Shown one piece after another: positions 28,129 to 37,927 of a stretch of DNA of 64,000 nt. The translations under genes were made by a program, and so were the position numbers. A model generated the notes under the pieces. The model had not been told where the DNA came from. It ran no database searches and saw only the letters and a program-made list of their open reading frames with translations. The first letter of the stretch is position 1. Each line of letters begins with the position of its first letter. Source of the stretch: Fibrobacteria bacterium (GTDB lineage Bacteria; Fibrobacterota; Chitinivibrionia; Chitinivibrionales; FEN-1185); NCBI GenBank assembly GCA_037447435.1, contig JBBIGR010000002.1:183441-247440 (forward strand). Reading direction: 5' to 3'.

Positions 28129-28719
28129 ATGAAAATGAAACGCGCAATTCTTTTTGTGTTAGCATTGACGACAATTCTTTTTTCCCAAAACCCTTGCGAT
28201 GATCCCCGATACCTTGCGCTCAAGAAAAAAAACATAGACAGTATGTCGCAACGCGAATTCGAATATTTCATGCTCAAGGAAAAGTATTGCATAGACGATG
28301 CGAGCAGGACCTCATCGCGGGCACAATGCACGTTGAGCGTTACCATAGACTCGGCCATAATCGACGGCAAAGAAAAGGATTTCAAACTGTTTATCGATGA
28401 CGTTGAAATGCCTGCGAAAGGCCATTGCATCGTGAGTCCGATTACTCCCGGCGTTCACAAGATAAGCCTTTTTTCCCTGGAGGAAATCGACGACTTTGAG
28501 AAAAAAATCAATCGCCGCATTATGACAAACGATAGCAAAAGTCATTTCTTCGGCATCGGCGTCATGGAAGTGCGGCTGAGGCAAATGAAAAACACGGTAA
28601 AAACCATCAGCGCCTCGCTCGGCAAGAAAATCAACGTTCATTATAAATTTTTCTGCGATACCGGGAAAACCGGAAAATGTACCGACGACGGATGGATTTT
28701 TACGCCGGAATCGAATTAA
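28129..28719 (+). CDS. Secreted hypothetical protein
   Basis: Signal peptide, paired Cys residues, followed by a terminator. Confidence 0.7.
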   Translation: MKMKRAILFVLALTTILFSQNPCDDPRYLALKKKNIDSMSQREFEYFMLKEKYCIDDASRTSSRAQCTLSVTIDSAIIDGKEKDFKLFIDDVEMPAKGHCIVSPITPGVHKISLFSLEEIDDFEKKINRRIMTNDSKSHFFGIGVMEVRLRQMKNTVKTISASLGKKINVHYKFFCDTGKTGKCTDDGWIFTPESN

Positions 28720-28729
28720 CAAATCAAAA

Positions 28730-28763
28730 AAAAGGCCCTGTTTGTTTCCAAACAGGGCCTTTT
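28730..28763. terminator. Bidirectional rho-independent terminator
   Basis: aaaaggccctgtttg-tttc-caaacagggcctttt between convergent genes. Confidence 0.85.
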
Positions 28764-28766
28764 CAA

Positions 28767-28793
28767 TAGAGACGCGGATATACCGCGTCTCTA
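28767..28793. repeat. GTAG-type REP-like palindrome
   Basis: tagagacgcgg-atata-ccgcgtctcta(c); reads GTAGAGACG on the minus strand. Confidence 0.65.
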
Positions 28794-28807
28794 CATACAT
28801 ATCCCGA

Positions 28808-30412
28808 TTACGGATTATATTCTTTCAATACTTCCTTATTGACAACCTGCATTTCAACCCGGCGATTGATTTTTCTGCCGCCTGCAGTGCGATTGTCGGC
28901 CTTGGGTCTGTCCGGACCGTAACCGACCGCGGTCAGCCGGGTGACAAGTTCCGGCGCTACCTGAAATAAATACTGCCGAACCGATTCGGCCCGGGCGCTC
29001 GACAATCTTCTGTTCGCTTCGATGCCGCCGATATTATCGGTATGTCCGCCTATCTCGATGACGAGCTTGGGATACTTTGTCAACATTTTTCCGATAATAT
29101 TAAGGTACGGTTTTGAATTAATGGAAATTTCCGTTTTTCCCGTTTCAAAATAGACCGCATCGAGAATGAGCATACCGGTAGAGAGCAATTGCTTTTCAGC
29201 ATCGCTTCGTTTCGACATTTCCTCCTGTAACCGTTTTTTCGCATCGACAAGAGCGATTGAATCCTGATGTATCTTGGCCGCAAGCGAATCGGCCCGGCGC
29301 TTTTCGGCCTCTTGCCTTTGTACCGCGGCAACGGAATCGGCTTTCATTTTTTGCACCAAATTAAGGGAGTCGGATTTCATTTTCCTGGATAAGCTGTCCG
29401 ATTCCGCGATAAGTTTCGCTTTGCTTGAAATCAGGTCTTGTTTTTCCTGAGCCTCTTTGGCGGCTTTCTCCTTATCTGCTTTTCTCTTTTCAGCAAGCAA
29501 ATCGAAGGTAAAGTCAAGTCCTGCAAAAACACGATATTTCGCCAATGCCGGAGCAAGATTCTGGTCCGATCTTGCTTGCGAAACGGAAAAATCGGCGCCG
29601 AGAACGACATTCATAAAATACGGCGTTCTAAAATGCAATGACGGCGTCACCCACATCGGGTCCGACGCGATCGTTGCATTATCGCTCCAGGTGCTTCGTG
29701 AATTGAATTCTATTCCTATCGAAAGCAGGGAAAGCGGATTGACCTGTAACCCGGCGGCAAACATGATATAGGTACTCCTGTTGCTCTCGGTGGAGAACAC
29801 GGCTCCTTCGTTAAAGTGAAGCATTATTCCCTGCGATACTTTACCGAAAATAAACGATTGGAGCAGTTTTCCCATGAAATCGTAACCCGTTCTTGTTTCA
29901 AAGTAGTTGTACCCGTCGGCTTTATTGGAATCAAGCTGATTGCCGGACGTTCCTCCGATTACAATGCCTTGCGCCGCTAAATGAAAGGGAGACGTGCTTG
30001 GAAAAGGAAGCGCGCCTTCAATGCCGGCCAGTATCGTGCCTATCCCCGATTTCGGCGTAGCATCATAGTCCCGAGTGGTAAAAATGACGCCGGATGCGAA
30101 AATATCTATAAAGGGATTTACACCGAAAGACATTGCGCCGATACTCGTTAAGATCTGAGCGTCTTTATTCGGAGCCAAATCGAGCGGATTTTGACCGACC
30201 GCATCCTGCTTATACCAGGTTTGCAATAATGAAAACGACAACCTCCCTGCTCCCAACGTTTGCGCAGAATGGGTTTGTACCAATCCGCTCGTTCCTAAAC
30301 AGGTGAATGTAGGATTTGTCGCATCATCGTTTTCCGTCTGACTAAAGCCGGGAAAAATCAGGCAGGTAATTCCCAAAAACAACAAACTCATATGCTTGAG
30401 AATGACGCGCAT
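28808..30412 (-). CDS. OmpA-family outer membrane protein (N-terminal barrel, helical linker, OmpA_C domain)
   Basis: VYFETGK, IGGHTDNIG, N..LSSARAESV, AVGYG..P.ADN, GRKINRRVE; start at 30412 after AAGGGG RBS. Confidence 0.9.
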   Translation of the reverse strand: MRVILKHMSLLFLGITCLIFPGFSQTENDDATNPTFTCLGTSGLVQTHSAQTLGAGRLSFSLLQTWYKQDAVGQNPLDLAPNKDAQILTSIGAMSFGVNPFIDIFASGVIFTTRDYDATPKSGIGTILAGIEGALPFPSTSPFHLAAQGIVIGGTSGNQLDSNKADGYNYFETRTGYDFMGKLLQSFIFGKVSQGIMLHFNEGAVFSTESNRSTYIMFAAGLQVNPLSLLSIGIEFNSRSTWSDNATIASDPMWVTPSLHFRTPYFMNVVLGADFSVSQARSDQNLAPALAKYRVFAGLDFTFDLLAEKRKADKEKAAKEAQEKQDLISSKAKLIAESDSLSRKMKSDSLNLVQKMKADSVAAVQRQEAEKRRADSLAAKIHQDSIALVDAKKRLQEEMSKRSDAEKQLLSTGMLILDAVYFETGKTEISINSKPYLNIIGKMLTKYPKLVIEIGGHTDNIGGIEANRRLSSARAESVRQYLFQVAPELVTRLTAVGYGPDRPKADNRTAGGRKINRRVEMQVVNKEVLKEYNP

Positions 30413-30519
30413 TACGGATTCCCCTTTCAATAAATTATTCGACAAGTAATATGCTATCAAATTAGGTTAAAAAAAATCATAAAACAACTATTTCTTTCAA
30501 TCGGCAAAACCGGCGGATT

Positions 30520-32301
30520 TTAATTACAAAATTCGGCGATTGCAGACACGAATTTCGCGTTTTCATGGGACAATCGTACAGCGATACGCAAATAAGGATG
30601 ATCGTCGTTAAATTTATGCGAAATATCTTTAACAAATATGGAATGCCGCGACAATAGATTATTGACAATTTCGGCAGCCATGTTTTTTTTGCCCCGAAGT
30701 CTTGCTAAAAAGAAATTCCCCTGGCTGGGAAACACGGTATCGACACAGGAAAGTTTCGACAATGCGGTCATAAATTCCTGCCGGTCTCTGATCGTGTCCT
30801 GGAAGGATCCGGCGAGACTTTTACGGTGTTTCAAAATGATTTCCATGGTAAACTCGGCCATTGAATTCATGTTCCAAATCGGAATTTTATTTCCTGCAAA
30901 CGCCATGAAATCCTTATCGGTACTATACACATATCCTAAACGAAGCCCGGGCATACCCATGGATTTACTCAGACTTTTAACGATTATGACATTTTCGAGC
31001 CCGCCCTTTTCACATGCGGGCATAATCGATCCGGCAACGGAAAATTCGATAAACGATTCATCGACAACAATCGTTTTCTTCGGGTTTTTTCCGGCGTATG
31101 TTTCGATCCATTTGGCATCCAATGAGGAGCCCGTCGGGTTATTGGGGTTGACAAAGACAACAACGTCGCAGGGGCCGGCCTTTTCTTCGATTTCCCGGAC
31201 GTCAAAACCGACCGCATCTCCGTAGGTTTTTGCATTGGGAAATATCCGGGTGTATTCTCCAAAAGTAGGGCTCGGAATGCAAACCTTCTTTTCCGAAAAT
31301 CTCATTTGCAATACCGGGAAGATCTGCGACGCCCCTCCCAATGCATGCACGTTCTCCTGCCTGCACAACAGAAACCAGGCCATTTTCCGGTCGAGCACGC
31401 TTTGGCGAGAACCGTAATTGTATAATAATTCGGGCAAGCTGTTGCGCATCTCGGAAATTATCGAAGAATTGGGGAAATACATGTTCCTGATAAAGGCGAA
31501 ATCGAGTATGTCGTAATTCCAATATCCGCCGAAACCTTCCTCAAGAATAGACAGTCTCTTGTTTTCGTCGAACGCAAATTCGGCAACATGCAGATCGTTG
31601 GGATCATCGACTTCGGCCCATTTTTCTCCCGATAGTATTTCCGCATGCACGGTTTCTTGCTGCATATAAATGAGAATACCCAGTATCAATTCGTAATAGC
31701 AATTATCGTTTATGACGGTTGCATAATAGGTGAGGAGCTTTTTAAACGTCGAATTGCAGAATTCTTTGGAAAATTTGTAAATATTCAGCGTCTTATACTT
31801 ATCGGAAAAATCGAATTTTTCATCCTGCAAATGCGGCGGGATCACGCTGGAAATGACCCCGTTTTCCACAGTCACCACGGTCCCGTCCATACCGCTGCGG
31901 TATTTGTCCACCAAAGCCGCATTTTTAAAAGGCGACTCTATTATCCGCCGTATGACGGCACCTTGATATATCAGATCGGATTCGATAAGAATGATATCGT
32001 CGTCGATGACCGTATTTTCGAAAGCCCTGGCCATCGAATAAATATTGTTTGTCTCGCGATATCTTTCGTTGTGCACGAAATGCAATGATACGTCCGGATA
32101 TCTTTTGGTAAGAAACGTCCGCAGTTCCGCATCCCTGTAACCGGTCACGACGATTATCTCATGAACGCCGTTATCGACCAATCCGTCGACTATCCCTTCG
32201 ATGATGGTTTTTCCGCAAACCGTAAGCAATGTCTTGTGAACATTATCCGTCAACGGGCGCATGCGGTTTCCATAACCGGCGGCCAAAATAATAGCCTTCA
32301 T
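30520..32301 (-). CDS. Fusion of LicC-like nucleotidyl(cytidylyl)transferase and class I/II PLP enzyme (HisC/CobD-like)
   Basis: ILAAGYGNRMRPLT, WAEVDD; VNPNNPTG, VVDESF, KSLSKSMGMPGLRLG. Confidence 0.85.
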   Translation of the reverse strand: MKAIILAAGYGNRMRPLTDNVHKTLLTVCGKTIIEGIVDGLVDNGVHEIIVVTGYRDAELRTFLTKRYPDVSLHFVHNERYRETNNIYSMARAFENTVIDDDIILIESDLIYQGAVIRRIIESPFKNAALVDKYRSGMDGTVVTVENGVISSVIPPHLQDEKFDFSDKYKTLNIYKFSKEFCNSTFKKLLTYYATVINDNCYYELILGILIYMQQETVHAEILSGEKWAEVDDPNDLHVAEFAFDENKRLSILEEGFGGYWNYDILDFAFIRNMYFPNSSIISEMRNSLPELLYNYGSRQSVLDRKMAWFLLCRQENVHALGGASQIFPVLQMRFSEKKVCIPSPTFGEYTRIFPNAKTYGDAVGFDVREIEEKAGPCDVVVFVNPNNPTGSSLDAKWIETYAGKNPKKTIVVDESFIEFSVAGSIMPACEKGGLENVIIVKSLSKSMGMPGLRLGYVYSTDKDFMAFAGNKIPIWNMNSMAEFTMEIILKHRKSLAGSFQDTIRDRQEFMTALSKLSCVDTVFPSQGNFFLARLRGKKNMAAEIVNNLLSRHSIFVKDISHKFNDDHPYLRIAVRLSHENAKFVSAIAEFCN

Positions 32302-32484
32302 GAAATTAGACCTTCCCTAAAAAAAATATCCTTAATTTTCCTCGTGTTAAAATATATCCTTTTGCTTTCTATAGGTGCAAGATCGAGAGGCGTTTTAAAA
32401 TCGGACCGGATTCAACAGGTATAACCGCAAATTTCGGTGTGATTAATTATATTTGTATCAATACTCATTCCCAAGCGGTTATGA

Positions 32485-33456
32485 ATGCCAAAAGAACTAA
32501 TAATTATGCCGAATTGGATAGGAGATTGCGCATTGGCGCTATCCATTGTCCATCGGAAAATAGTGATGCAGAATGCCGATGTGACGCTGTTGGTTCCTAA
32601 AAATCTCGCCCCAATGTGTACAATCCTTTCCGGCCTTCCCGTCATACCCTGGACAAAAAGCGGTTTGAAAGAAAACTGGGCTGTATTGAATCAAATTCGT
32701 AGCCGGAATTTTGATTCGGTCTATGTCCTTCCCCATTCGTTTTCTTCGGCATTATTCGCCTTTTTAACCGGCATAAAAAAACGGCGAGGGGTGAACAAAG
32801 AACTGCGAAGTATTTTTTTCTCGCAAGCGCTTCCGTATTCCGTTCGAAACCGAAGCCAACATATTACATATGAATACGCTTTGGTCCTTGAAACGGATTT
32901 CGTCCCGCCCGATTACTGGCAAGGCGTCGATATAGATAAATCGGTCGAACATGCGGGAAAAATCGTTTTCTGTCCCGGTGCAATGTACGGCAAGGCGAAA
33001 CAGTGGAGCGGCTTTACCGCTCTTGCGCAATTGCTCCCTTCGAAAAAAATAATCGTCCTGGGCGATAAACGCGACTATGACATTGCAGCGGAAATACAAA
33101 ACGGTTCCCCGAATAATGTCGTGAACCTTGTCGGTAAAACGAATTTGCTTGAGGCGTGCAGGATCATTGCGGGAGCGTCGGTCGTCGTATCAAATGATTC
33201 CGGACTTATGCATTTAGCGGGCTATTGCGGCACACCGGTAATCGGTATTTTCGGATCGACCTCGCCGTTATGGACCAGGCCGCTGGGGACAAAGGCAAAA
33301 ATAGCTTCGGTCAAGTACGAATGTTCCCCCTGCCTCGAACGGACCTGCAAATTCAAACATTATAATTGTCTGAACCTTGTCAAACCGGAACAGGTCTCTC
33401 AAATGGTCTTGGACCTTATCGCGGATCCTTCTTCCCATCATAGGCACGGTCGATAA
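32485..33456 (+). CDS. waaF: LPS heptosyltransferase II (GT9)
   Basis: PNWIGD, LPHSFSSAL, PGAMYGKAKQW, NLVGKT, SNDSGLMHLA, FGST. Confidence 0.88.
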   Translation: MPKELIIMPNWIGDCALALSIVHRKIVMQNADVTLLVPKNLAPMCTILSGLPVIPWTKSGLKENWAVLNQIRSRNFDSVYVLPHSFSSALFAFLTGIKKRRGVNKELRSIFFSQALPYSVRNRSQHITYEYALVLETDFVPPDYWQGVDIDKSVEHAGKIVFCPGAMYGKAKQWSGFTALAQLLPSKKIIVLGDKRDYDIAAEIQNGSPNNVVNLVGKTNLLEACRIIAGASVVVSNDSGLMHLAGYCGTPVIGIFGSTSPLWTRPLGTKAKIASVKYECSPCLERTCKFKHYNCLNLVKPEQVSQMVLDLIADPSSHHRHGR

Positions 33457-34684
33457 GTTTCCTCTTTTCCCGTTTCATGCGCACGTTCATTGCAAATAAT
33501 GAAATATAAGAGAGAACCGGAAGAAGTTTTCCCAAAAAAGGCGTTTGTATCCGGATTGCCCGGCTCGGACAGCATTCCTGACAGCAAAAACACCGTATGC
33601 ATCGGCCGTATCGATATTTCGGCGGGTTTTTGACTCCTTGCTCTTTCCAGTCAACCGCTTTAGGCGATACCGGACACGAGCGTATGCAATTTCCGCATTT
33701 CGTACATTGGGAAGCGTTGATTACCGGACGAGGCACCAAGGCGTTTTTTACCATTCGCATGATCCGGTTTGGTCCGACGGCAACCGCAGGAGCCCGGCTG
33801 ACCGCAAAATCGGGAGTGATTAAAGGCGTCACGTCATCACCCACGATAGTGATGCTTTGAGGCAAATAATTTCCGCGCCCCGCATTTGCATGGGCGACAT
33901 TGGTCGGTACGAGTTCCGGGGAAAGTCCTATGATGCGCGCCGCGACGCTGTCGCAGGCGCAAGGATCCGTTGAAAAAAGCAATACGCCTAAATGCCTCGG
34001 ATCGCCGCTTTGCGGCCCGTTGCCTTCCATTGCCGTAATACCGTCCAAAACATATAAACGCGGCCCTACAAACGCGGTAATATCCGAAAGCAATTTTGAA
34101 AATTCCATGACGTCGGGAATACGGGCGTGATATTGGCCCTTATATAAACCCGGAACGCATCCGTATTGGTTTTTCACCGCGCCGGTCATTCGGGTCAACC
34201 CATGCGTTTTTAATTTCGCTACGCTGACGACGCCGTCGCTTTCCAAAACCCCCTTGGCTATGACAAACGATTTATAGGCGGCGTTTTCCCCCGCGGCAAC
34301 GGTTTCCCCGTTGTCCATATCGGCCATCGCCATGCCGAAGTCCCGGGCGATTTCAAAATAGCCGCATTTTTTCATGGTCGGACCGCATTTTCCCCATCCG
34401 GAATACAACGCGGGAGAATCGCCATAAGTCAATTTGCATCCGGTTGTTTTAAGAACCGCACAGACGGCCTTAAAAACCGCCGGATGGGTGACGACGCACA
34501 ACGCAGGATCGGTCGCATTAAGCGCATTGGGTTTAACGAGCACGGTCTCATGCGCTTTTGCGAAAAGCGCCGCTCCCCCCAAAAGGTCTATTCCGCGTTT
34601 CACCGCCGCAAAAACAGCCCCGTCGTCATAGGAACGGCAGGCAACGCAGGCGACGGTCGATTGAGGAAGAGGTTGCATGATCAT
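33416..34684 (-). CDS. DUF362 protein with C-terminal 2x[4Fe-4S] ferredoxin domain
   Basis: VLVKPN, THP, KLKTH, TGAVKN, MEGNGP; CTKCGNCIRSCP and CIRCFCCQECCP; ATGA overlap with the lpxB stop. Confidence 0.88.
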   Translation of the reverse strand: MIMQPLPQSTVACVACRSYDDGAVFAAVKRGIDLLGGAALFAKAHETVLVKPNALNATDPALCVVTHPAVFKAVCAVLKTTGCKLTYGDSPALYSGWGKCGPTMKKCGYFEIARDFGMAMADMDNGETVAAGENAAYKSFVIAKGVLESDGVVSVAKLKTHGLTRMTGAVKNQYGCVPGLYKGQYHARIPDVMEFSKLLSDITAFVGPRLYVLDGITAMEGNGPQSGDPRHLGVLLFSTDPCACDSVAARIIGLSPELVPTNVAHANAGRGNYLPQSITIVGDDVTPLITPDFAVSRAPAVAVGPNRIMRMVKNALVPRPVINASQCTKCGNCIRSCPVSPKAVDWKEQGVKNPPKYRYGRCIRCFCCQECCPSRAIRIQTPFLGKLLPVLSYISLFAMNVRMKREKRKLIDRAYDGKKDPR

Positions 34685-35841
34685 GACCGCTTGTCTAGAA
34701 TTCGTTCTATTGCGAGACAAATTTCTTGGGAAGGGATTTTGTTTCCCAATTTTTCGCGCAATGTCCCCAAAGTCCGAAACGTGCCCCGGTAGACCTGCGG
34801 AGAATCGACGTACTCTGAAATTGATTGTGCAATTCCCAAAGCGGACGCTTCATCCTGAATCAATTCCGGTACTATTTTTTCCGACGCAACGATGTTGGGC
34901 AAGCCGATATACGGCAGGGTTATCATCCGTTTCAATAAAGCATACGTCAAGCGCGACGTTTTATAGCAAACGACCATCGGCACCCGGCACAACGCGGTTT
35001 GCAGCGTTGCCGTACCGGACGTGACCATTGCGATATCGCTTTTTTGGAGAATGTCGACCAAGGGCTCATCGGTAAGAACGATGCTTTCCGCATATTTATC
35101 GGTAAACTCACGGCAGGCATTTTCAAAAAGGGTTTTCGGTAATCCCGGGCATTTGGAAACAATAATTTGAAAAAGCGGATATTTTTGTTTCAAAATCATG
35201 CAGGCGTCCATCATCGGGCCGAGCAGTTGCTTGATTTCCTGGACCCTGCTGCCGGGAACAACCGCGCAGCGGATGCGGGAATTCCGGTCGAAACCGGTTG
35301 GTTCGCTCCGTGTAACGGCTTGGTCTATTTTTTTGTCAAGGGCTTCGGCGAGCGGATGCCCGACAAATTCCACCGGAGCGGCATACCGGTTGAAATAAGC
35401 GACTTCGAACGGAAACACCACGCCGATGAAAGATGCGTATTTGCCAAGTATCTTGGCCCGTTTTTTCTTCCACGCCCAAACCTGCGGAACTATGTACCAA
35501 ACAACCGGTATTCCGCGTTTATGCGCTTCTTTCATAAGAGGAATATTAAAGCCGGGATAATCCACACAGACCAGGACGTCGGGTTTGGTGTCGCTGAGCA
35601 CCTTGATCAAAGTAGCCTTTGCTCTCAGGAAAAACGGCAAATGCGAAACGACCTCGACCAGGCCCATTCTATTGAACGGTTCGAACGGCATGAGTTGTTT
35701 AAATCCGGCAGCGACCATATGCGGTCCGCCGATTCCGAAGACATTCGCGTCGGGTTGTTTTTTGAGAATCCGGGACACGACAAGAGATGCGTGTTCGTCG
35801 CCCGATACATCGCCCGCAATGAACATGATGGAACGAGGCAT
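34681..35841 (-). CDS. lpxB: Lipid-A-disaccharide synthase
   Basis: AGDVSGD, GIGGPHM, DYPGFN, PQVWAW, FVGHPL, PGSR, SGTATL, LPNI. Confidence 0.95.
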   Translation of the reverse strand: MPRSIMFIAGDVSGDEHASLVVSRILKKQPDANVFGIGGPHMVAAGFKQLMPFEPFNRMGLVEVVSHLPFFLRAKATLIKVLSDTKPDVLVCVDYPGFNIPLMKEAHKRGIPVVWYIVPQVWAWKKKRAKILGKYASFIGVVFPFEVAYFNRYAAPVEFVGHPLAEALDKKIDQAVTRSEPTGFDRNSRIRCAVVPGSRVQEIKQLLGPMMDACMILKQKYPLFQIIVSKCPGLPKTLFENACREFTDKYAESIVLTDEPLVDILQKSDIAMVTSGTATLQTALCRVPMVVCYKTSRLTYALLKRMITLPYIGLPNIVASEKIVPELIQDEASALGIAQSISEYVDSPQVYRGTFRTLGTLREKLGNKIPSQEICLAIERILDKRS

Positions 35842-35846
35842 AGGAA

Positions 35847-36929
35847 TTAAAACAATTCCGCGGGGAATTTTTTATCTTTCATCATGCCGAGATATTTTTT
35901 CAAATCCGGCAATAGCGGCTTTGCAATCGCAAGCACGGCATCGGGCGTTACGACCAATACCGTATCGCTGAGACCGATCGAAGCAACTACCTTATTTGAA
36001 GAATTGAAAATGATTGAGTTATTGCAGTCTTGTTCCAACACGCTTTGCCCAACGGCTACGGAGTTTTTTGCGTTTTTCGCATGGATTCTGGCAATCGATT
36101 CCCATGACCCAATATCGTCCCAGAAAAAATCCCCGCATACCGCGGATATCTTTTTCGATTTTTCCATGATACCGAAATCTATGGATTCCTTGATGCATTG
36201 CGAATAAAAACGATCAATTGCCGCCTTTGAAAAACCGGCCTTTTCCACCGCAGTGATTTGGTCGAATAATTCGGGCATATGCGTTTCGAATTCACGCAGA
36301 ATGACCGATGTTTTCCATACGAACATGCCGCTGTTCCATAAATATTCTTTGGACTTATAATATTTTTGCGCAACGGGCAACGACGGTTTTTCGACGAATC
36401 GTTTTACCGAAAAGCAAGAAATGCCTCCCTTTTCGCAAAGCGGTTTGCCGATATTGATATAGCCGTATCCCACGTCGGGACGCGAAGGCCGGATGCCGAA
36501 GACGACAAGAGAATCGTTTTCCCGGGCAACCGAAGCGGCAACCTTGACCGCATTTACAAAGGATTTAACCGGCCGTATCGCGTGATCGGCCGATACGACG
36601 ACCATGATCGCCTCGCCGTACCGTTTTCGTATCCATGCTGCGCCCAAACCCACTGCCGGGGCGGTGTTTTTCCCGACCGGTTCCACAATGCAATCGTACG
36701 AGTTGGATTTTCCCAGGGCTTTTTTCATTGCCTTGGCGCAGTCGCTGCCGGTAATCACCAGCGGTTTGGCGTTCCGTACATTGCAAAGCGGCATTACCCG
36801 CAACAATGTTTCTTCGATCATGGTTTTGGATCCCAATAAAGGAAGAACCTGTTTAGGCCTTGACGATCGGGACAATGGCCAAAAACGTTCGCCTTTGCCG
36901 CCTGCCATAATCAGTGGAATGGTTATCAT
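35847..36929 (-). CDS. manC: Mannose-1-phosphate guanylyltransferase
   Basis: MAGGKGERFWPLSR..PKQ, EPVGKNTAPA, SADH, GYGYI, FVEKP, WNSGMF, WDDIGSW. Confidence 0.92.
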   Translation of the reverse strand: MITIPLIMAGGKGERFWPLSRSSRPKQVLPLLGSKTMIEETLLRVMPLCNVRNAKPLVITGSDCAKAMKKALGKSNSYDCIVEPVGKNTAPAVGLGAAWIRKRYGEAIMVVVSADHAIRPVKSFVNAVKVAASVARENDSLVVFGIRPSRPDVGYGYINIGKPLCEKGGISCFSVKRFVEKPSLPVAQKYYKSKEYLWNSGMFVWKTSVILREFETHMPELFDQITAVEKAGFSKAAIDRFYSQCIKESIDFGIMEKSKKISAVCGDFFWDDIGSWESIARIHAKNAKNSVAVGQSVLEQDCNNSIIFNSSNKVVASIGLSDTVLVVTPDAVLAIAKPLLPDLKKYLGMMKDKKFPAELF

Positions 36930-36931
36930 TA

Positions 36932-37801
36932 TTACGATCCTGAAATTGAGGAGCTCTTTACTTTTTCCAGTTTTTCCAAAAGGCTTTCGATGGCGCCGTA
37001 CGGAACTTTGGGATTCCCGACCTCGGATTTGCTTTGATGGCCGTTATGAAAATCGGAGCCGCCGGTAAAAGCGAGATTATGTTTTTTACAATATTGCATA
37101 TAATAGCGCTCCATGGCGCCGATGTGTTCCGAATGGAACACTTCGATTCCCATGAGGCCTTCGCGAATGAATTGCGGAATCCGTTCGTCGACTTTAGTGA
37201 CGCCGGGATGGGCAAGCACGGGAACGCCGCCCGCATTGCGGATAAGCTGAAAAACCTCTTCGGGATGCATGGATAATTTTTCAACATAGGCGGGAGACTC
37301 GTAGCCGATGAATTTATCGAATGCTTCGCGGAAAGAATATACTAATTCTTCTTTAAGTAACGCTGCCGCTATATGCGGTCTTCCAATGGCCGCACCGCCG
37401 GCAATATTCAATACGGTTTCGAATCGAAGGTCGATTCCTTGTGCATTGAGATTTTCAACGATTTTTTCGGCCCTGGCGTATCGGGCCTTTTTTAATTCTG
37501 CGAGCTTGGCAATAAGATGTGCGTTATGAATATCCATATAATATCCGAGGATATGGATATCCGCTCCAGCAATTTCACTTGAAAGTTCTACCCCAGGAAT
37601 CACTTCAACGTCGAGCTTTGCACCAAGTTCCTGAGCAAGAGGATACGCATCTATACAATCGTGATCGGTTATCGAAATCGTTTTAAGTTTCTTGGCCGCA
37701 GCCATTTCAACGATTTCCTCTACAGCATGCGTTCCGTCTGAAAACTTTGTATGAATGTGGAGATCTACATACTTTTTGCCTGTAATTAATTCTCGAAACA
37801 T
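36932..37801 (-). CDS. PHP-domain phosphoesterase (TrpH/YciV-like)
   Basis: DLHIHT..SDG, ITDHD, GVELS, HILGY, GRPHIA, LAHPG, GGSDFH. Confidence 0.9.
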   Translation of the reverse strand: MFRELITGKKYVDLHIHTKFSDGTHAVEEIVEMAAAKKLKTISITDHDCIDAYPLAQELGAKLDVEVIPGVELSSEIAGADIHILGYYMDIHNAHLIAKLAELKKARYARAEKIVENLNAQGIDLRFETVLNIAGGAAIGRPHIAAALLKEELVYSFREAFDKFIGYESPAYVEKLSMHPEEVFQLIRNAGGVPVLAHPGVTKVDERIPQFIREGLMGIEVFHSEHIGAMERYYMQYCKKHNLAFTGGSDFHNGHQSKSEVGNPKVPYGAIESLLEKLEKVKSSSISGS

Positions 37802-37927
37802 TGTCCTAATGAGGGTGACTGGTTTATATAGAATTGTATAAAATAACCGAAAATGATTTTAAACGTCAAGAATAAAGTGCACTTTCGTCTTTTATACTAA
37901 AACCGGATGATTTACTCGCAAGAAAAA

